In this document: piece after piece, positions 16,193-26,997 of the stretch | Numbering within the stretch: the stretch's first letter is position 1 | Layout of the letters: every line of letters starts with the position of its first letter | DNA from: Alphaproteobacteria bacterium | GTDB taxonomy: Bacteria > Pseudomonadota > Alphaproteobacteria > UBA828 | Assembly (NCBI GenBank): GCA_965214705.1 | Contig: OZ243972.1 | Span: forward strand, 1,152,001-1,216,000 | Direction: 5' to 3' | DNA length: 64,000 nt | Made by a program: the position numbers and the translations under genes | The notes under the pieces: generated by a model | Databases searched by the model: none | The model's input: the letters and a program-made list of their open reading frames with translations, nothing else | Told to the model about the DNA's origin: nothing

Positions 16193-18106
16193 ATGACCAG
16201 CCGCTACGACGATATCTATGCACGCTCGCTCGCAGAGCCCGAGGCCTTCTGGGCCGAGGCCGCCGAGGGCATCGACTGGGAGAAGCGGTGGGACCGCGTG
16301 CTGGACGATTCCCGGCCGCCCTTCCTCCGCTGGTTTGTCGGCGCCGAGGTCAACACCTGCCACAACGCCCTGGATCGCCACGTGGCCGCCGGCCGCGGCG
16401 CCCAGACGGCACTGATCTACGACAGCCCCGTCACCGATACCGTGCGCAGCTTCAGCTACGCCGAGCTGCAGGCTCTCACCGCGCGCTTCGCCGGCGCGCT
16501 CGCGGCGCGGGGCGTGGGCCGGGGCGACCGCGTGGTGCTCTACATGCCGATGGTCCCGGAGGCCGCCGTCGCCATGCTGGGCTGCGCCCGCATCGGCGCG
16601 GTCCATTCCGTGGTATTCGGCGGCTTCGCGGCGAACGAGCTCGCGACCAGGATCGACGACGCCAAGCCCAAGGTCATCGTCTGCGGCTCCTGCGGCATCG
16701 AGGTGGACCGCGTCATTGCTTACAAGCCTCTGCTCGACGCCGCGATCGACCTCGCCAGCCACAAGCCCGAGTGCTGCATCGTCCTGCAACGGCCCGAGCT
16801 TGAGGCGCCGCTCACGGCTGGCCGCGACGAGACCTGGGCCGACGCGATGGCCGGGGCCGAGCCGGCGGACTACGTGCCCGTCGCCGCCACCGACCCGCTC
16901 TATATCCTCTACACCTCCGGCACCACCGGCGATCCCAAGGGCATCGTGCGCGACAACGGCGGGCATCTGGTCGCGCTCCATTGGACCATGAGCGGCGTCT
17001 ACGACCGAAAGCCCGGCCAGGTGTGGTGGGCGGCGTCGGATATCGGCTGGGTGGTCGGCCACTCCTATATCGTCTACGCGCCGCTGATCTATGGTTGCCC
17101 GTCGATCCTCTACGAGGGCAAGCCGGTTGGCACGCCTGATGCCGGAGCCTATTGGCGGGTCATCTCGCAGCACGGCGTGAGCGCCATGTTCACGGCGCCG
17201 ACGGCGTTCCGCGCGATCAAGCGGGACGATCCCGATGCGGCCCGCCTCGCCGACTACGACATCTCCTGCTTCGACACGCTCTACCTCGCCGGCGAGCGGA
17301 CCGACCCCGACACCCTCGCCTGGGCCGAGAACCATCTTGAGCGCCCGGTCTACGACCACTGGTGGCAGACCGAGTCCGGCTGGCCCATGGGCGCCAACTG
17401 CACGGGCCTCGGCGCGCTGCCGGTAAAGCCCGGCTCGCCCACCAAGCCTGTGCCGGGCTATCGCATCGAGGTGGTGGACGAGGAGGGCGCGCAGGTGCCG
17501 GCGGGCGGCATCGGCTCGATCGTGGTCAAGCTGCCGTTGCCGCCCGGCTTCACGCCGACGCTTTGGAACAACGACAAGCGCTTCGAGGAGGCCTACTTCA
17601 CGCGCTTCCCTGGCTATTACCTGACCGGCGACGCCGGCGTTCTCGACGAGGACGGCTATCTCTGGATCATGAGCCGCACCGACGACATCATCAACGTCGC
17701 GGGCCACCGGCTCTCCACCGGGGCGATGGAAGAGGTGCTGGCGGCGCACCAGGACGTGGCGGAATGCGCCGTGGTCGGCGTCGCCGACGCGCTGAAGGGG
17801 CAGCTACCATTGGGTTTCGTCGTGCTCAAGGCGGGCGTCAACCGGCCGTCGGACGAGATCGTGGTGGAGCTGGTGCGCATGGTGCGCGAGACCATCGGCC
17901 CGGTCGCCGCTTTCAAGCAGGCGGTCGTGGTGGAGCGGCTGCCCAAGACCCGCTCAGGCAAGATTCTGCGCGGCACCATGGCGAAGATCGCCGACGGCGA
18001 AGAGTACAAGACCCCGGCGACCATCGACGACCCGGCGATCCTGGGCGAGATCGCCGACGCGGTTCGCCCGATCGGCTACGGCGGTGGCGTGCCGGCTGGA
18101 GACTAA
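16193..18106 (+). CDS. prpE: Propionyl-CoA synthetase (acetate/propionate-CoA ligase family)
   Basis: NTCHNALDRH, YILYTSGTTGDPKG, DHWWQTE, RTDDIINVAGHRLSTG, LPKTRSGKILR. Confidence 0.88.
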   Translation: MTSRYDDIYARSLAEPEAFWAEAAEGIDWEKRWDRVLDDSRPPFLRWFVGAEVNTCHNALDRHVAAGRGAQTALIYDSPVTDTVRSFSYAELQALTARFAGALAARGVGRGDRVVLYMPMVPEAAVAMLGCARIGAVHSVVFGGFAANELATRIDDAKPKVIVCGSCGIEVDRVIAYKPLLDAAIDLASHKPECCIVLQRPELEAPLTAGRDETWADAMAGAEPADYVPVAATDPLYILYTSGTTGDPKGIVRDNGGHLVALHWTMSGVYDRKPGQVWWAASDIGWVVGHSYIVYAPLIYGCPSILYEGKPVGTPDAGAYWRVISQHGVSAMFTAPTAFRAIKRDDPDAARLADYDISCFDTLYLAGERTDPDTLAWAENHLERPVYDHWWQTESGWPMGANCTGLGALPVKPGSPTKPVPGYRIEVVDEEGAQVPAGGIGSIVVKLPLPPGFTPTLWNNDKRFEEAYFTRFPGYYLTGDAGVLDEDGYLWIMSRTDDIINVAGHRLSTGAMEEVLAAHQDVAECAVVGVADALKGQLPLGFVVLKAGVNRPSDEIVVELVRMVRETIGPVAAFKQAVVVERLPKTRSGKILRGTMAKIADGEEYKTPATIDDPAILGEIADAVRPIGYGGGVPAGD

Positions 18107-18666
18107 GCCAGCTCAGGCGCCGGTGAGAGAAATGTGAGCGTGGTTCTGCCGTAGCGGCGCTGGTCTTGCACCGTGAGCGTCGCCGGTGGCTCGAAGGGAT
18201 CGTCCACCCCGTGCTCAACCACGACGGTCGCCTCATCGTCCAGCCAGCCGCCTTCCACCAGCGCGCCGAGCGCCGGCGTCGCGAGGCCGGAGCGATAGGG
18301 CGGATCCAGCAGAGCGAGATGGCAGACCGTGGCCGCCGGCGGCAGGCGGGTCGCGTCGCCGGCGACGACAGTGGCTCGGTCGGCGCAACCCAGGGCCTCG
18401 ATGTTGGCGCGGAGCACCCCGCGCACGTCGGCCTCGCTTTCGACGGCGGTCAGCGCCGCCGCGCCGCGGGAGAGCGCCTCCAGGCCGAGCGCACCGGTGC
18501 CCGCGAAGAGATCGACGACATGGGCACCCTCGAGCGGCCTCGCCATTCCGCCGTGCAGCAGGATGTCGAAGAGGGACTCGCGCACTCTCTCCCCGGTCGG
18601 GCGCACGCGCACGCCGGCCGGCGCCCGCAGCCTGCGGCCGCTCAGGCTACCGCCGACGATCCGCAC
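18103..18666 (-). CDS. rsmD: 16S rRNA (guanine966-N2)-methyltransferase
   Basis: RIVGG, VRPTGERVRESLF, DLFAGTGALGLEALSRGA, DPPY, RRYG; GTG start at 18666. Confidence 0.92.
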   Translation of the reverse strand: MRIVGGSLSGRRLRAPAGVRVRPTGERVRESLFDILLHGGMARPLEGAHVVDLFAGTGALGLEALSRGAAALTAVESEADVRGVLRANIEALGCADRATVVAGDATRLPPAATVCHLALLDPPYRSGLATPALGALVEGGWLDDEATVVVEHGVDDPFEPPATLTVQDQRRYGRTTLTFLSPAPELA

Positions 18667-19426
18667 GCGCCGGCCCTCGCTTGCCGCCGAGCTGGTCGCG
18701 GAGCACGCGCGGCGGCACTTCTGCGATCTCTCCACGCGCAAGCCCGCCCAACTGGAAGGGCCCGTAGGCCGTGCGGATGAGGCGGCTCACGGGCAGGCCG
18801 AGGTGCGCGAGCACGATGCGGATTTCCCGGTTGCGGCCCTCGGCGAGCGCGACGGTGAGCCAGGCATTCTGCCGGTTCTGGCGATCGAAGCGCGCCTCGA
18901 TGGGTCCGTAGCGGACGCCATCCACGGTAGTTCCCTGCCCCAGGGCGGCGAGCGCGCCTTCATCAGGCGCACCCCGCACCCGCACCCGATAGCGCCGCCG
19001 CCAGCCTCGCGACGGATGCTCCAGCTCGCGGGCGAGCGCGCCGTCGTTGGTCAGCAACAGCAGCCCCTCGGAGTTGAAGTCGAGCCGCCCCACGGAGACG
19101 ACGTAGCCGAGCCGGTCTGCCACCTTGTCAAATACCGTCGAGCGGCCCTGCTGGTCGCGGTGGGTGGTAATGAGACCCGGCGGCTTGTGGTAGCGCCACA
19201 GTCGGGCGGGTGCGGGCGCCGGCAAGGGCGCGCCATCCACGGTGATGATGCTGGACTCATCGACGGTGGTCGCCGGGTCGGACACGACCGTGCCCCCGAG
19301 CGCGACCCGGCCAGCGGCGATCAGCCGCTCGGCGTCGCGGCGTGAGCAGAGCCCCGCCCGGGCGATCCGCTTGGCGATCCGCTCGCCACGCCGGGCTGCT
19401 TCCGATCGCGGCCGCTCAGCCGCCAT
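18647..19426 (-). CDS. rRNA pseudouridine synthase (RsuA/RluB family, S4 domain)
   Basis: ERIAKRIARAGLCSRRDAE, YHKPPG, VGRLDFNSEGLLLLTNDG, EGRNREIR. Confidence 0.92.
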   Translation of the reverse strand: MAAERPRSEAARRGERIAKRIARAGLCSRRDAERLIAAGRVALGGTVVSDPATTVDESSIITVDGAPLPAPAPARLWRYHKPPGLITTHRDQQGRSTVFDKVADRLGYVVSVGRLDFNSEGLLLLTNDGALARELEHPSRGWRRRYRVRVRGAPDEGALAALGQGTTVDGVRYGPIEARFDRQNRQNAWLTVALAEGRNREIRIVLAHLGLPVSRLIRTAYGPFQLGGLARGEIAEVPPRVLRDQLGGKRGPARADRRR

Positions 19427-19699
19427 GCCGCCATCCTGCATCGTGAGAGAGAACCGTGCCGCGCCTTGCACGCGCGACACGACCCGGTACCAGAGGGCCG
19501 ATTATCGTGGCACGAGGCGCGGGAGCGATCCAGCAAGCGGGGCCTAATTTGTTTGCGCGGGCCGGGGTCTCGCTCTACTGTCACCATCCGGCCCCGAACC
19601 AGACGGCATCGCCTGCCTTTGCGGCCTTGATGGCGAGTGGAGTCCGCGTGCCGTCGCAAAGGAGCGGGCCGGAACCGCGAACAAGGCGCGGAGGGGAAT

Positions 19700-20368
19700 A
19701 TGTTCCGACGCAAAAGCGGGGATCAGGAAGAGGACAGTCGGGCTCAAGAGGGCGCCGAGGAGCGCCTCGCACCCAGCGTCGTCGTGGAATCGTCGCGACG
19801 CAATGTGCCGAACAAGACCGTCGTCTTTCACCCGGATGTGCCGCGCGGCGCACCCGATCCCGTGCCGGCGGATGCGCCGGGACGTGTGGAGAGCGACCCC
19901 AAGCGGCTCACCGTCGGGCGGGAGACGACCATCAGCGGCGGTACGGTGCTCGATTGCGAGCGCCTGACGGTCGAGGGCACGGTCGAAGCCTCGATGCCGG
20001 ATGGACGCCTGCTCGAGATCGTGAAGGGCGGCACCTTCAAGGGCACCGTGACGGTGGACAATGCCGATATCGCCGGGGCGTTCGAGGGTGAGCTCAAGGT
20101 GAAGAAGCGGCTCTTCATCAGGGCGTCGGGCCGCGTTTCGGGCAAGATTCGCTATGGCCAGTTCGAGGTCGAGCGCGGCGGCCGCCTCGACGGCCGCCTC
20201 GAATACGACCCGGCGGACCGGGAGGCGGACCTGCAGCCCGTGGCGATGCCGCCGTCCGCCGACGCCCAAGAGCCGTCGGAGGAGGCTTCCGAACCCGACC
20301 AGTTGGAGTTGAGTTCGAGCCCAGTCGAGCTTCCGTCCGTTGCCGCGTCCAAGCTGCGCGCTGACTAA
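19700..20368 (+). CDS. Bactofilin (polymer-forming cytoskeletal protein)
   Basis: MFRRK N-terminus; LTVGRETTISG..LTVEGTVE..ADIAGAFEGEL..IRASGRVSGKIRYGQFEVERGG beta-helix; SD GGAGGGG. Confidence 0.88.
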   Translation: MFRRKSGDQEEDSRAQEGAEERLAPSVVVESSRRNVPNKTVVFHPDVPRGAPDPVPADAPGRVESDPKRLTVGRETTISGGTVLDCERLTVEGTVEASMPDGRLLEIVKGGTFKGTVTVDNADIAGAFEGELKVKKRLFIRASGRVSGKIRYGQFEVERGGRLDGRLEYDPADREADLQPVAMPPSADAQEPSEEASEPDQLELSSSPVELPSVAASKLRAD

Positions 20369-20514
20369 AGCGTTTCTATTTCACACGGAAACGCTTTAGC
20401 AATTTGTCGCTCACGGCAGCCGGCCTTCGGCCGGTGCCTCCGCGAGGGCGCCGCATAAGCGGCGGGCCGCAGTCGCGGCCTGTCGCGCGTCCGTCCAAGA
20501 CCGACGCGCTCTAA
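20365..20514. repeat. Multi-hairpin intergenic element (REP/MITE-like; may act as bidirectional terminator)
   Basis: CTAAAGCGTTTC-N11-GAAACGCTTTAG (20365-20399), CCGGCC-TTC-GGCCGG, CGCCGC-ATAA-GCGGCG, GGCCGC-AGTC-GCGGCC, GCGCGTC-N11-GACGCGC between convergent genes. Confidence 0.65.
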
Positions 20515-21143
20515 GCCGTCTTTCCCTTATAGCGGCAGAGGTCGCGAACGACGCAGGCCGGGCAGTCCGGCGTCCTTGCCTTGCAGACATAGCGGCCGTG
20601 CAGGATCAGCCAATGGTGCGCGTGCTGCTTGAAGCGGTCGGGTACGACTTTGTTCAGGCCGTCTTCTACCGCGCGCGGCGTCTTCCCTGGCGCTAGGCCG
20701 CTGCGGTTTGCGAGCCGAAATATGTGGGTATCGACCGCGATGGTGGGCTCGCCGAAGACGGTGTTGAGCACCACGTTCGCGGTCTTGCGGCCGACGCCGG
20801 GGAGAGCCTCGAGCGCCGCCCGGTCGCTCGGCACGGCGCCGCCGTGTTCTTCGACCAACGCCTGGCTTAGCGCGATCACGTTCTTGGCTTTCATGTTGTA
20901 GAGGCCGATGGTCTTGATGTGCTCCTTGAGCCGCGCTTCGCCGAGGGCGACCATCTCCGCCGGCGTCTCGACCTCCTCGAAGAGCGACCTGGTGGCCTTG
21001 TTGACGCCCTTGTCGGTCGCCTGCGCAGACAGCACCACGGCGACCAGCAGCGTGTAGGGGTTTCGGTAGTTGAGCTCGGTGGTCGGCGCCTCGATGCACG
21101 CGGCGAGGCGTTCGAAGAATTCGGTGACCGCTGCCTTTTTCAT
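20511..21143 (-). CDS. nth: Endonuclease III
   Basis: LVAVVLSAQATD, HhH LPGVGRKTANVV, VDTH, C-X6-C-X2-C-X5-C 4Fe-4S motif. Confidence 0.96.
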   Translation of the reverse strand: MKKAAVTEFFERLAACIEAPTTELNYRNPYTLLVAVVLSAQATDKGVNKATRSLFEEVETPAEMVALGEARLKEHIKTIGLYNMKAKNVIALSQALVEEHGGAVPSDRAALEALPGVGRKTANVVLNTVFGEPTIAVDTHIFRLANRSGLAPGKTPRAVEDGLNKVVPDRFKQHAHHWLILHGRYVCKARTPDCPACVVRDLCRYKGKTA

Positions 21144-21276
21144 GGCGCACGGAGAGTAACCCGCCGCGCAGCCGGGGCAAGGGGGAGGGCCGATCGCGGA
21201 AATTCGCCGAACGCCCGGCATACCTCCTTCCAGCGACAGGCATAATCCCGTACTCTAGAGCGCGACAGGGGCCCGC

Positions 21277-21331
21277 TTGACAAGCGGTGCGAACTAAACT
21301 AGAACATATGCAGACGGTTCCCCTTTTGTTC
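21277..21331 (+). promoter_or_regulatory. lexA promoter with two alphaproteobacterial LexA boxes
   Basis: TTGACA (21277-21282)-N17-TAGAAC; GAAC-N7-GAAC (21291-21305) and GTTC-N7-GTTC (21317-21331). Confidence 0.88.
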
Positions 21332-21350
21332 GATTTCGCGGAGTTTGCCG

Positions 21351-22058
21351 ATGCTGACCAGGAAACAAAAGGAACTCCTGCTTTTTATCGATTCCTATCT
21401 TGATCAACGCGGCATCGCTCCTTCGTTCGAGGAAATGAAGGAAGCGGTCAATCTCAAGTCCAAGTCCGGTATTCACAGGCTCGTCAAGGCGCTTGAGGAG
21501 CGCGGATTCCTGCGACGATTGCCGCATCGGGCGCGGGCGCTGGAAGTATTGAGGCCGCCACCCTCTCGCGTTGCCGAGGTGCCGGAGCGGCAGCCGAGCC
21601 GGCGCTTCCGGCCGAGTGTCATCAAGGGCGATTTCCGCTCCGGGCGGGGCACCGAGCGCCCATCCGACGATCGGGCCACTGTTGCGCTGCCGCTCTACGG
21701 CCGCATTGCCGCCGGCACGCCGATCGAGGCATTGCGCGACGAGACCAACCAGATCGACGTTCCCGGCGGGATGCTGGGGGCAGGTGAGCATTACGCCCTC
21801 GAAGTCGACGGCGATTCGATGATCGACGCCGGAATTCTGGATGGCGACACCGCCGTGATCGAGCGCTGCGAGACCGCCGAGAGCGGCGACATTGTCGTGG
21901 CTCTGGTGGATGATAGCGAAGTCACGCTCAAGCGGCTGCGGCAGAAGGGCGAGTCGATCGCGCTGGAGCCCGCGAACACGCGCTACGAGACGCGGATTTT
22001 CGGTCCCGGCCGGGTCAAGGTGCAGGGGCGACTCAAGGGCATCCTCCGCAACTACTGA
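21351..22058 (+). CDS. lexA: SOS repressor LexA
   Basis: [24 protein letters not shown] cleavage site, GDSM serine, TLKR lysine. Confidence 0.97.
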   Translation: MLTRKQKELLLFIDSYLDQRGIAPSFEEMKEAVNLKSKSGIHRLVKALEERGFLRRLPHRARALEVLRPPPSRVAEVPERQPSRRFRPSVIKGDFRSGRGTERPSDDRATVALPLYGRIAAGTPIEALRDETNQIDVPGGMLGAGEHYALEVDGDSMIDAGILDGDTAVIERCETAESGDIVVALVDDSEVTLKRLRQKGESIALEPANTRYETRIFGPGRVKVQGRLKGILRNY

Positions 22059-22062
22059 GCCT

Positions 22063-24171
22063 TTAGCGCGCGGGCGCACGCCGAGCGGTCCACGGCCGCT
22101 CACCGCGCGTTCCTGCAACGCTTCCGACGCGGGCGTGGTCTCCGTCCAACCATATGGCGTGGCTGCCGCCGCGCCAAAGGTCGAACCTGTCCACCACCGT
22201 CTCGGGACCTTCGCACAGACCCCAGGCGGGAACCGTGCTGACCACGAGGTCGGCGCGGCTGCAGTCCTCCTCGAACGCGCGCGGATCGCGCACGAACGCG
22301 ATTATCTTTTCGCCGCGCCGCTGAATGCATCCCAGCGTATCGCAGCGAATCCCAGCGGCTGGTACGCCCTTGCCGCCTCGCGGCCAGGTGGGCGCTTCTG
22401 CCTGCCCGTCCCGCCTCAGCCACACGTCGCTCACGAAGCGCCCGCGCTGACGGGTCGAAATCCAGAGTCGTCCATCCTCGCCGCGCGTTGCCATCACGCG
22501 GGCGTCGCCATCAATCAGGATGTCCGGCCGTCGCTCCAGGGCGGCAAGCACGATCCCGCCGCCGATCACGACGATCCCGAGGAAGCGCCAGCGGCTGCGC
22601 CAGAGGCAGAGCCACAATCCGCCGACCGAGATCGCGAGCAAGGCCGCTGCCGGCATCGCCGGAACGAGGCTGACCGCACCCGGCTGCGCTGCGACCTGGC
22701 GCGCGATCCAGACCACCGCGTCGATTCCCCAGCCCATCGGGGCGAGGGCAATCCCTTCGAGCCCGAACGGCATCAGGATGAGCGCAACCAGCCCCCAGGG
22801 CATGATCCAGAAGCCGGTGATCGGCACCGCGCCGAGATTGGCGAGTAGCCCGTAGTCCGCGATGCGGTTGAAGTGGTAGACCGCGAAAGGGCCGGTGGCG
22901 ATGCCAGCCACCAGGGAGGTGAGCGTGACGCCGGCCGCGTAGACCACGGGACGGAGCACGAGGCCGCCGCGTGCCACCATTCGGGCCAAGGTGCCCCGCG
23001 CCGCCTCGTAGGTCGCGATCAGGGCGGTGGCTGCGGCGAAGGACATCTGAAAGCTCGGCCCGAGCATGCTTTCGGGCGCGATTGCGAGCACCAACAGCGC
23101 AGCCCAGGCGATCAGCCGTATGGAAAGGCTCGCCCGGTCCAGCATGATCGCGACCAGCACGACGCCCACCATGACGAAGGCCCGCTGGGTCGGCACGCTC
23201 ATGCCAGAGAGCAGCAGGTATGCCGCCGCACCCAGCAGGGCGCAGGCCGCAGCCCATTTCTTGATCGGCGCTCTGAGGGCCAGCGGTTCGACCAGCGCCA
23301 GGAGCCCCCGCGTGGCAAAGAAAATGAATCCGGCGATCAGGCCGACGTGGAGCCCGGAAATCGCCAACAGGTGCGCAAGGCCGGCATCCCGCATCGCCTT
23401 GAGCGCGGTCTTCTCGATGGCGCTGCGGTCGCCGGTGAGCAGCGCCGCCGCGAACGGCCCCGCCGAGGGCGACGTGTGCGCGAGGATCCGCGAGGAGACC
23501 CAATAGCGGACCCTCGACAGCAGCGAGAGCAGGCCGCCGCTTTCACCTTCAGGGGCGGCCATCGGCTCGGGCGCGCCGTAGACGAAGCCGACCGCGCCGA
23601 TGCGCTGGAACCACGCCCGCCGCGCAAAGTCCCACGCACCCGGCTCCGCCGGCGTCGGCGGCGGCCGTAACGAGGCCAGCGCGCTCAGCCACGTCCCGGG
23701 CGAGGCCAGCCCGTCGGCGCCCGTGCGCCGCACGCTGAGGCGCACTTTCGCGGGCGTCTCCGCCGGGGCCAAGCCTTCGATCGTCACGCGATCGAGGAGG
23801 TAGCGCTGCGGACCGTCGCCGGCCCCTACCCAGACCACGCGCCCGGAGACGTCGACCGGGCCGGTGGGGTCCGTGAGCACCGGCGCGCTGACCCGGTCGG
23901 AGCGCCAGTCGGCGCAGGCGATGCCGGCAGCGAGAAGCGCCAGCGCCGCGAGCCCGAGGGCCGGTGCCGCGTGCCGGCGCATGAGCAGCGCGGCGACGGT
24001 GAGGAGCCCGGCCGCCGCTGGCGAGACCCAGCCGATCGGCTCCACCGGCAGCGTAAGGTAGAGGCCGCTGCCCGCGCCGAAGAGGACCGGCACCCAGAGG
24101 AACACGCGGCGACGCTCGGCGGCCCATACCGCGTCGAGATGGATGCGCAGGCCCGCCGCGCGCCTCAGCAC
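22063..24171 (-). CDS. comEC: ComEC/Rec2 competence membrane protein
   Basis: [29 protein letters not shown], multiple TM segments; start codon uncertain. Confidence 0.92.
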   Translation of the reverse strand: MLRRAAGLRIHLDAVWAAERRRVFLWVPVLFGAGSGLYLTLPVEPIGWVSPAAAGLLTVAALLMRRHAAPALGLAALALLAAGIACADWRSDRVSAPVLTDPTGPVDVSGRVVWVGAGDGPQRYLLDRVTIEGLAPAETPAKVRLSVRRTGADGLASPGTWLSALASLRPPPTPAEPGAWDFARRAWFQRIGAVGFVYGAPEPMAAPEGESGGLLSLLSRVRYWVSSRILAHTSPSAGPFAAALLTGDRSAIEKTALKAMRDAGLAHLLAISGLHVGLIAGFIFFATRGLLALVEPLALRAPIKKWAAACALLGAAAYLLLSGMSVPTQRAFVMVGVVLVAIMLDRASLSIRLIAWAALLVLAIAPESMLGPSFQMSFAAATALIATYEAARGTLARMVARGGLVLRPVVYAAGVTLTSLVAGIATGPFAVYHFNRIADYGLLANLGAVPITGFWIMPWGLVALILMPFGLEGIALAPMGWGIDAVVWIARQVAAQPGAVSLVPAMPAAALLAISVGGLWLCLWRSRWRFLGIVVIGGGIVLAALERRPDILIDGDARVMATRGEDGRLWISTRQRGRFVSDVWLRRDGQAEAPTWPRGGKGVPAAGIRCDTLGCIQRRGEKIIAFVRDPRAFEEDCSRADLVVSTVPAWGLCEGPETVVDRFDLWRGGSHAIWLDGDHARVGSVAGTRGERPWTARRAPAR

Positions 24172-24299
24172 GTGGGCGACATCCTGTGGCCATGCGGCCG
24201 GTGGCCGGCCGGTCGCCTGTCGTCGGGCGATATGCTAAACGCTCGACCGTTCAGACCCGTGGCGAACGGCCGGGTCGTCTGCCGGGGGTGAGACCGCAC

Positions 24300-25709
24300 A
24301 TGAGCGTCGTCACGCGCTTCGCGCCGTCGCCGACCGGCATGCTGCACCTCGGCGGCGCGCGCACCGCCCTCTTCAACTGGCTTTACGCGCGCCATCACGG
24401 CGGCACCTTCCGGCTGCGGCTGGAGGACACCGACCGCAAGCGCTCAACGCCCGAGGCGATCGCCGCGATCGTCGACGGGCTCACCTGGCTCGGTCTCGAC
24501 TGGGACGGTGAGATCGTGCACCAGTCCGAACAGCGCCAGCGCCACGCTGACGTCGCGTATGACCTGCTCGCGGCTGGCGGGGCCTACCGCTGCTACTGCA
24601 CGCCGGAGGAGCTGGAGACCATGCGCGCCGAGGCCCGTGCCGCCGGTCGCGCAGCTCTCTACGACGGGCGCTGGCGGGACCGCGACCCGGCGGAGGCGCC
24701 GCCCGGCATCGATCCCGTAATCCGCTTTCGGGCACCGCAGGAAGGGGAAACACTGATATCGGACTTAGTACAATGTAATATCGAAATAGATAACACAACT
24801 CTCGACGATATGGTACTGCTGCGCGCCGACGGCACGCCGACCTACATGCTCTCGGTGGTGGTGGACGACCACGACATGGGGATCACCCATGCCATCCGGG
24901 GCGACGACCACCTGACCAACGCCTTTCGCCAGACTCAGCTCTTCCGCGCCCTCGGCTGGGAGCCGCCGGCCTACGCCCACATTCCGCTGATCCACGGCCC
25001 CGACGGCGCGAAGCTCTCCAAGCGCCACGGCGCGATCGCCGTCGGCGCCTATGCCGAGCTCGGCATCCTGCCCGCAGCCATGCGCAATGCGCTGCTCAGG
25101 CTTGGCTGGAGCCACGGCGATGACGAGATCATCGATACCGCCCAGGCCGTCGCTTGGTTCGACCTCGACACAGTGAACCGAGGCGCGGCGCGCTTCGACA
25201 TGCAGAAGCTGCAGAGCCTCAACGGCCATTACATCCGCGAGAGCGCCGATGCGGACCTGCTGGCCGATGTCGAGCAAAGGCTCGCCGCGCGCTATCCGGC
25301 GGCCGCCACGGACGAGGGACGGCGGCGGATCGCGGCCCTGCTGCCGGAGGCTAAGGCGCGAGCGAAGACGCTGGTCGAGCTCGCGGACAAACTGGCGTTC
25401 CTGGTTTGCGACCGGCCCCTGGAGATGACGCCCAAGGCGGCTCGGTTGCTCGGCGACGATGGTAGCGAAGCGAGGGCCCGCATCGCGCGTCTGAACGCCG
25501 CCCTGCAGGACAATGCGACTTGGGGCGAGGCGCACCTCGAAGCCGCCGTGCGCGGCTTTGCCGAGGGCGAAGGCGTCGGGTTGGGGAAGATCGCCCAGCC
25601 GTTGCGTGCGGCGTTGACAGGCGCGCACGCGTCACCCGGAATCTTCGCCGTGATGGCCGCGCTCGGCCGGGAGGAGACGCTGGCCCGCCTTGCGGACGCT
25701 GGGGGCTAA
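24300..25709 (+). CDS. gltX: Glutamate-tRNA ligase
   Basis: [16 protein letters not shown] (HIGH), RLEDTD, IRGDDH, KLSKRHG (KMSKS). Confidence 0.96.
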   Translation: MSVVTRFAPSPTGMLHLGGARTALFNWLYARHHGGTFRLRLEDTDRKRSTPEAIAAIVDGLTWLGLDWDGEIVHQSEQRQRHADVAYDLLAAGGAYRCYCTPEELETMRAEARAAGRAALYDGRWRDRDPAEAPPGIDPVIRFRAPQEGETLISDLVQCNIEIDNTTLDDMVLLRADGTPTYMLSVVVDDHDMGITHAIRGDDHLTNAFRQTQLFRALGWEPPAYAHIPLIHGPDGAKLSKRHGAIAVGAYAELGILPAAMRNALLRLGWSHGDDEIIDTAQAVAWFDLDTVNRGAARFDMQKLQSLNGHYIRESADADLLADVEQRLAARYPAAATDEGRRRIAALLPEAKARAKTLVELADKLAFLVCDRPLEMTPKAARLLGDDGSEARARIARLNAALQDNATWGEAHLEAAVRGFAEGEGVGLGKIAQPLRAALTGAHASPGIFAVMAALGREETLARLADAGG

Positions 25710-25723
25710 GGGAGAAGCGAACG

Positions 25724-26977
25724 ATGACAGACGAGCGGGTCGACCTCGCGATCACGAACGCCCATCTCTGGCGGGAGGACGCGCCGCGCGATCTCTTCGT
25801 CAAGGGCGGCCGTTTCGTAGCTGCGCCCTCGGGCGGTGCAGCCGCGGCCGAGCGCACCATCGATGCCGGCGGCCGCCTCTGCGTGGCGGGCTTCTTGGAG
25901 CCGCACATCCACCTCGACAAGGCGCAGATCAACGACGATGTCAGGCCCAACCGCTCCGGCACCCTCGACGAGGCCATCGAGATCATCTGGGCGCGCAAGC
26001 GGTCCTACACCGTAGAGGAGATCACCGCGCGCGCGGTGCGCACCATCCGCGCAGCCGTCGCCTGCGGGGTCACCCGCTTCCGCAGCCATGTCGATGTAGA
26101 CAGCATCGGCGGCCTTCGCCCGCTCGAAGGCGTGGTCGAAGCGCGCGAGCGCACCCGTGACGTCGCGGATGTGCAGATCGTTGCCTTCCCGCAGGAAGGC
26201 ATCTTCGAGGACAAGGGCACCGACGATCTCATGTGGAAGGCGATGGAGGCTGGCGCCGATCTGGTGGGTGGCATGCCCTTCAACGAGAAATCACCTGCCG
26301 ACAGCGCTCGCCATATCGCACTTGCCTTCGAGATCGCGAGGCACCACGACGCCGACATCGACATGCACGTGGACGAGACCGACGACCCAAACGCCAGGAC
26401 GCTCGAAGTTCTGGCTGAGCAGACCATGCAGCACGGCTGGCAGGGGCGCGTCACCGCCGGCCACACCTGCGCGCTGGCGGGCTATGAGGAGGACTACGCC
26501 AACCGTGTCATCGGGCTGGTGCGCGAGGCCGGCATCCACATGATCGTGAACCCGGCGACCAACCTCATGCTCCAGGGGCGGGGCGATGCGCAGCCCAAGC
26601 GGCGCGGCATCACCCGCGTGAAGGAGCTGCTGGAGGCCGGCGTCAACGTCTCCTGCGGGCAGGACTGTATCCGCGATACCTTCTATCCCTTTGGGCTGGG
26701 CGACCCGCTGGAGGTGATGTTCCTCACGAGCCACGCCGCGCACATGAGCCGCCCGCACGAGATCGAGACGGTCTTCGACATGCAGACCGGCGCCGCCGCG
26801 CGCACCATGGGGCTCGACGACTACGGCGCGGAACCCGGCTGCGTCGCCGATCTGGTGATCATCGACGCGGCCGATCCGCTGGAGGCGCTGACCAGGCGGG
26901 CGGACCGCACCCACGTCATCAAGCGCGGCCGGGTCGTCGCCGAGACCGTGACCCAGCGGCGCACGGCCTGGTCCTGA
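25724..26977 (+). CDS. Metal-dependent amidohydrolase, cytosine deaminase (CodA)/AtzC-like
   Basis: [46 protein letters not shown]. Confidence 0.85.
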   Translation: MTDERVDLAITNAHLWREDAPRDLFVKGGRFVAAPSGGAAAAERTIDAGGRLCVAGFLEPHIHLDKAQINDDVRPNRSGTLDEAIEIIWARKRSYTVEEITARAVRTIRAAVACGVTRFRSHVDVDSIGGLRPLEGVVEARERTRDVADVQIVAFPQEGIFEDKGTDDLMWKAMEAGADLVGGMPFNEKSPADSARHIALAFEIARHHDADIDMHVDETDDPNARTLEVLAEQTMQHGWQGRVTAGHTCALAGYEEDYANRVIGLVREAGIHMIVNPATNLMLQGRGDAQPKRRGITRVKELLEAGVNVSCGQDCIRDTFYPFGLGDPLEVMFLTSHAAHMSRPHEIETVFDMQTGAAARTMGLDDYGAEPGCVADLVIIDAADPLEALTRRADRTHVIKRGRVVAETVTQRRTAWS

Positions 26978-26997
26978 GAGCTGCGAGGGAGAGAGGC

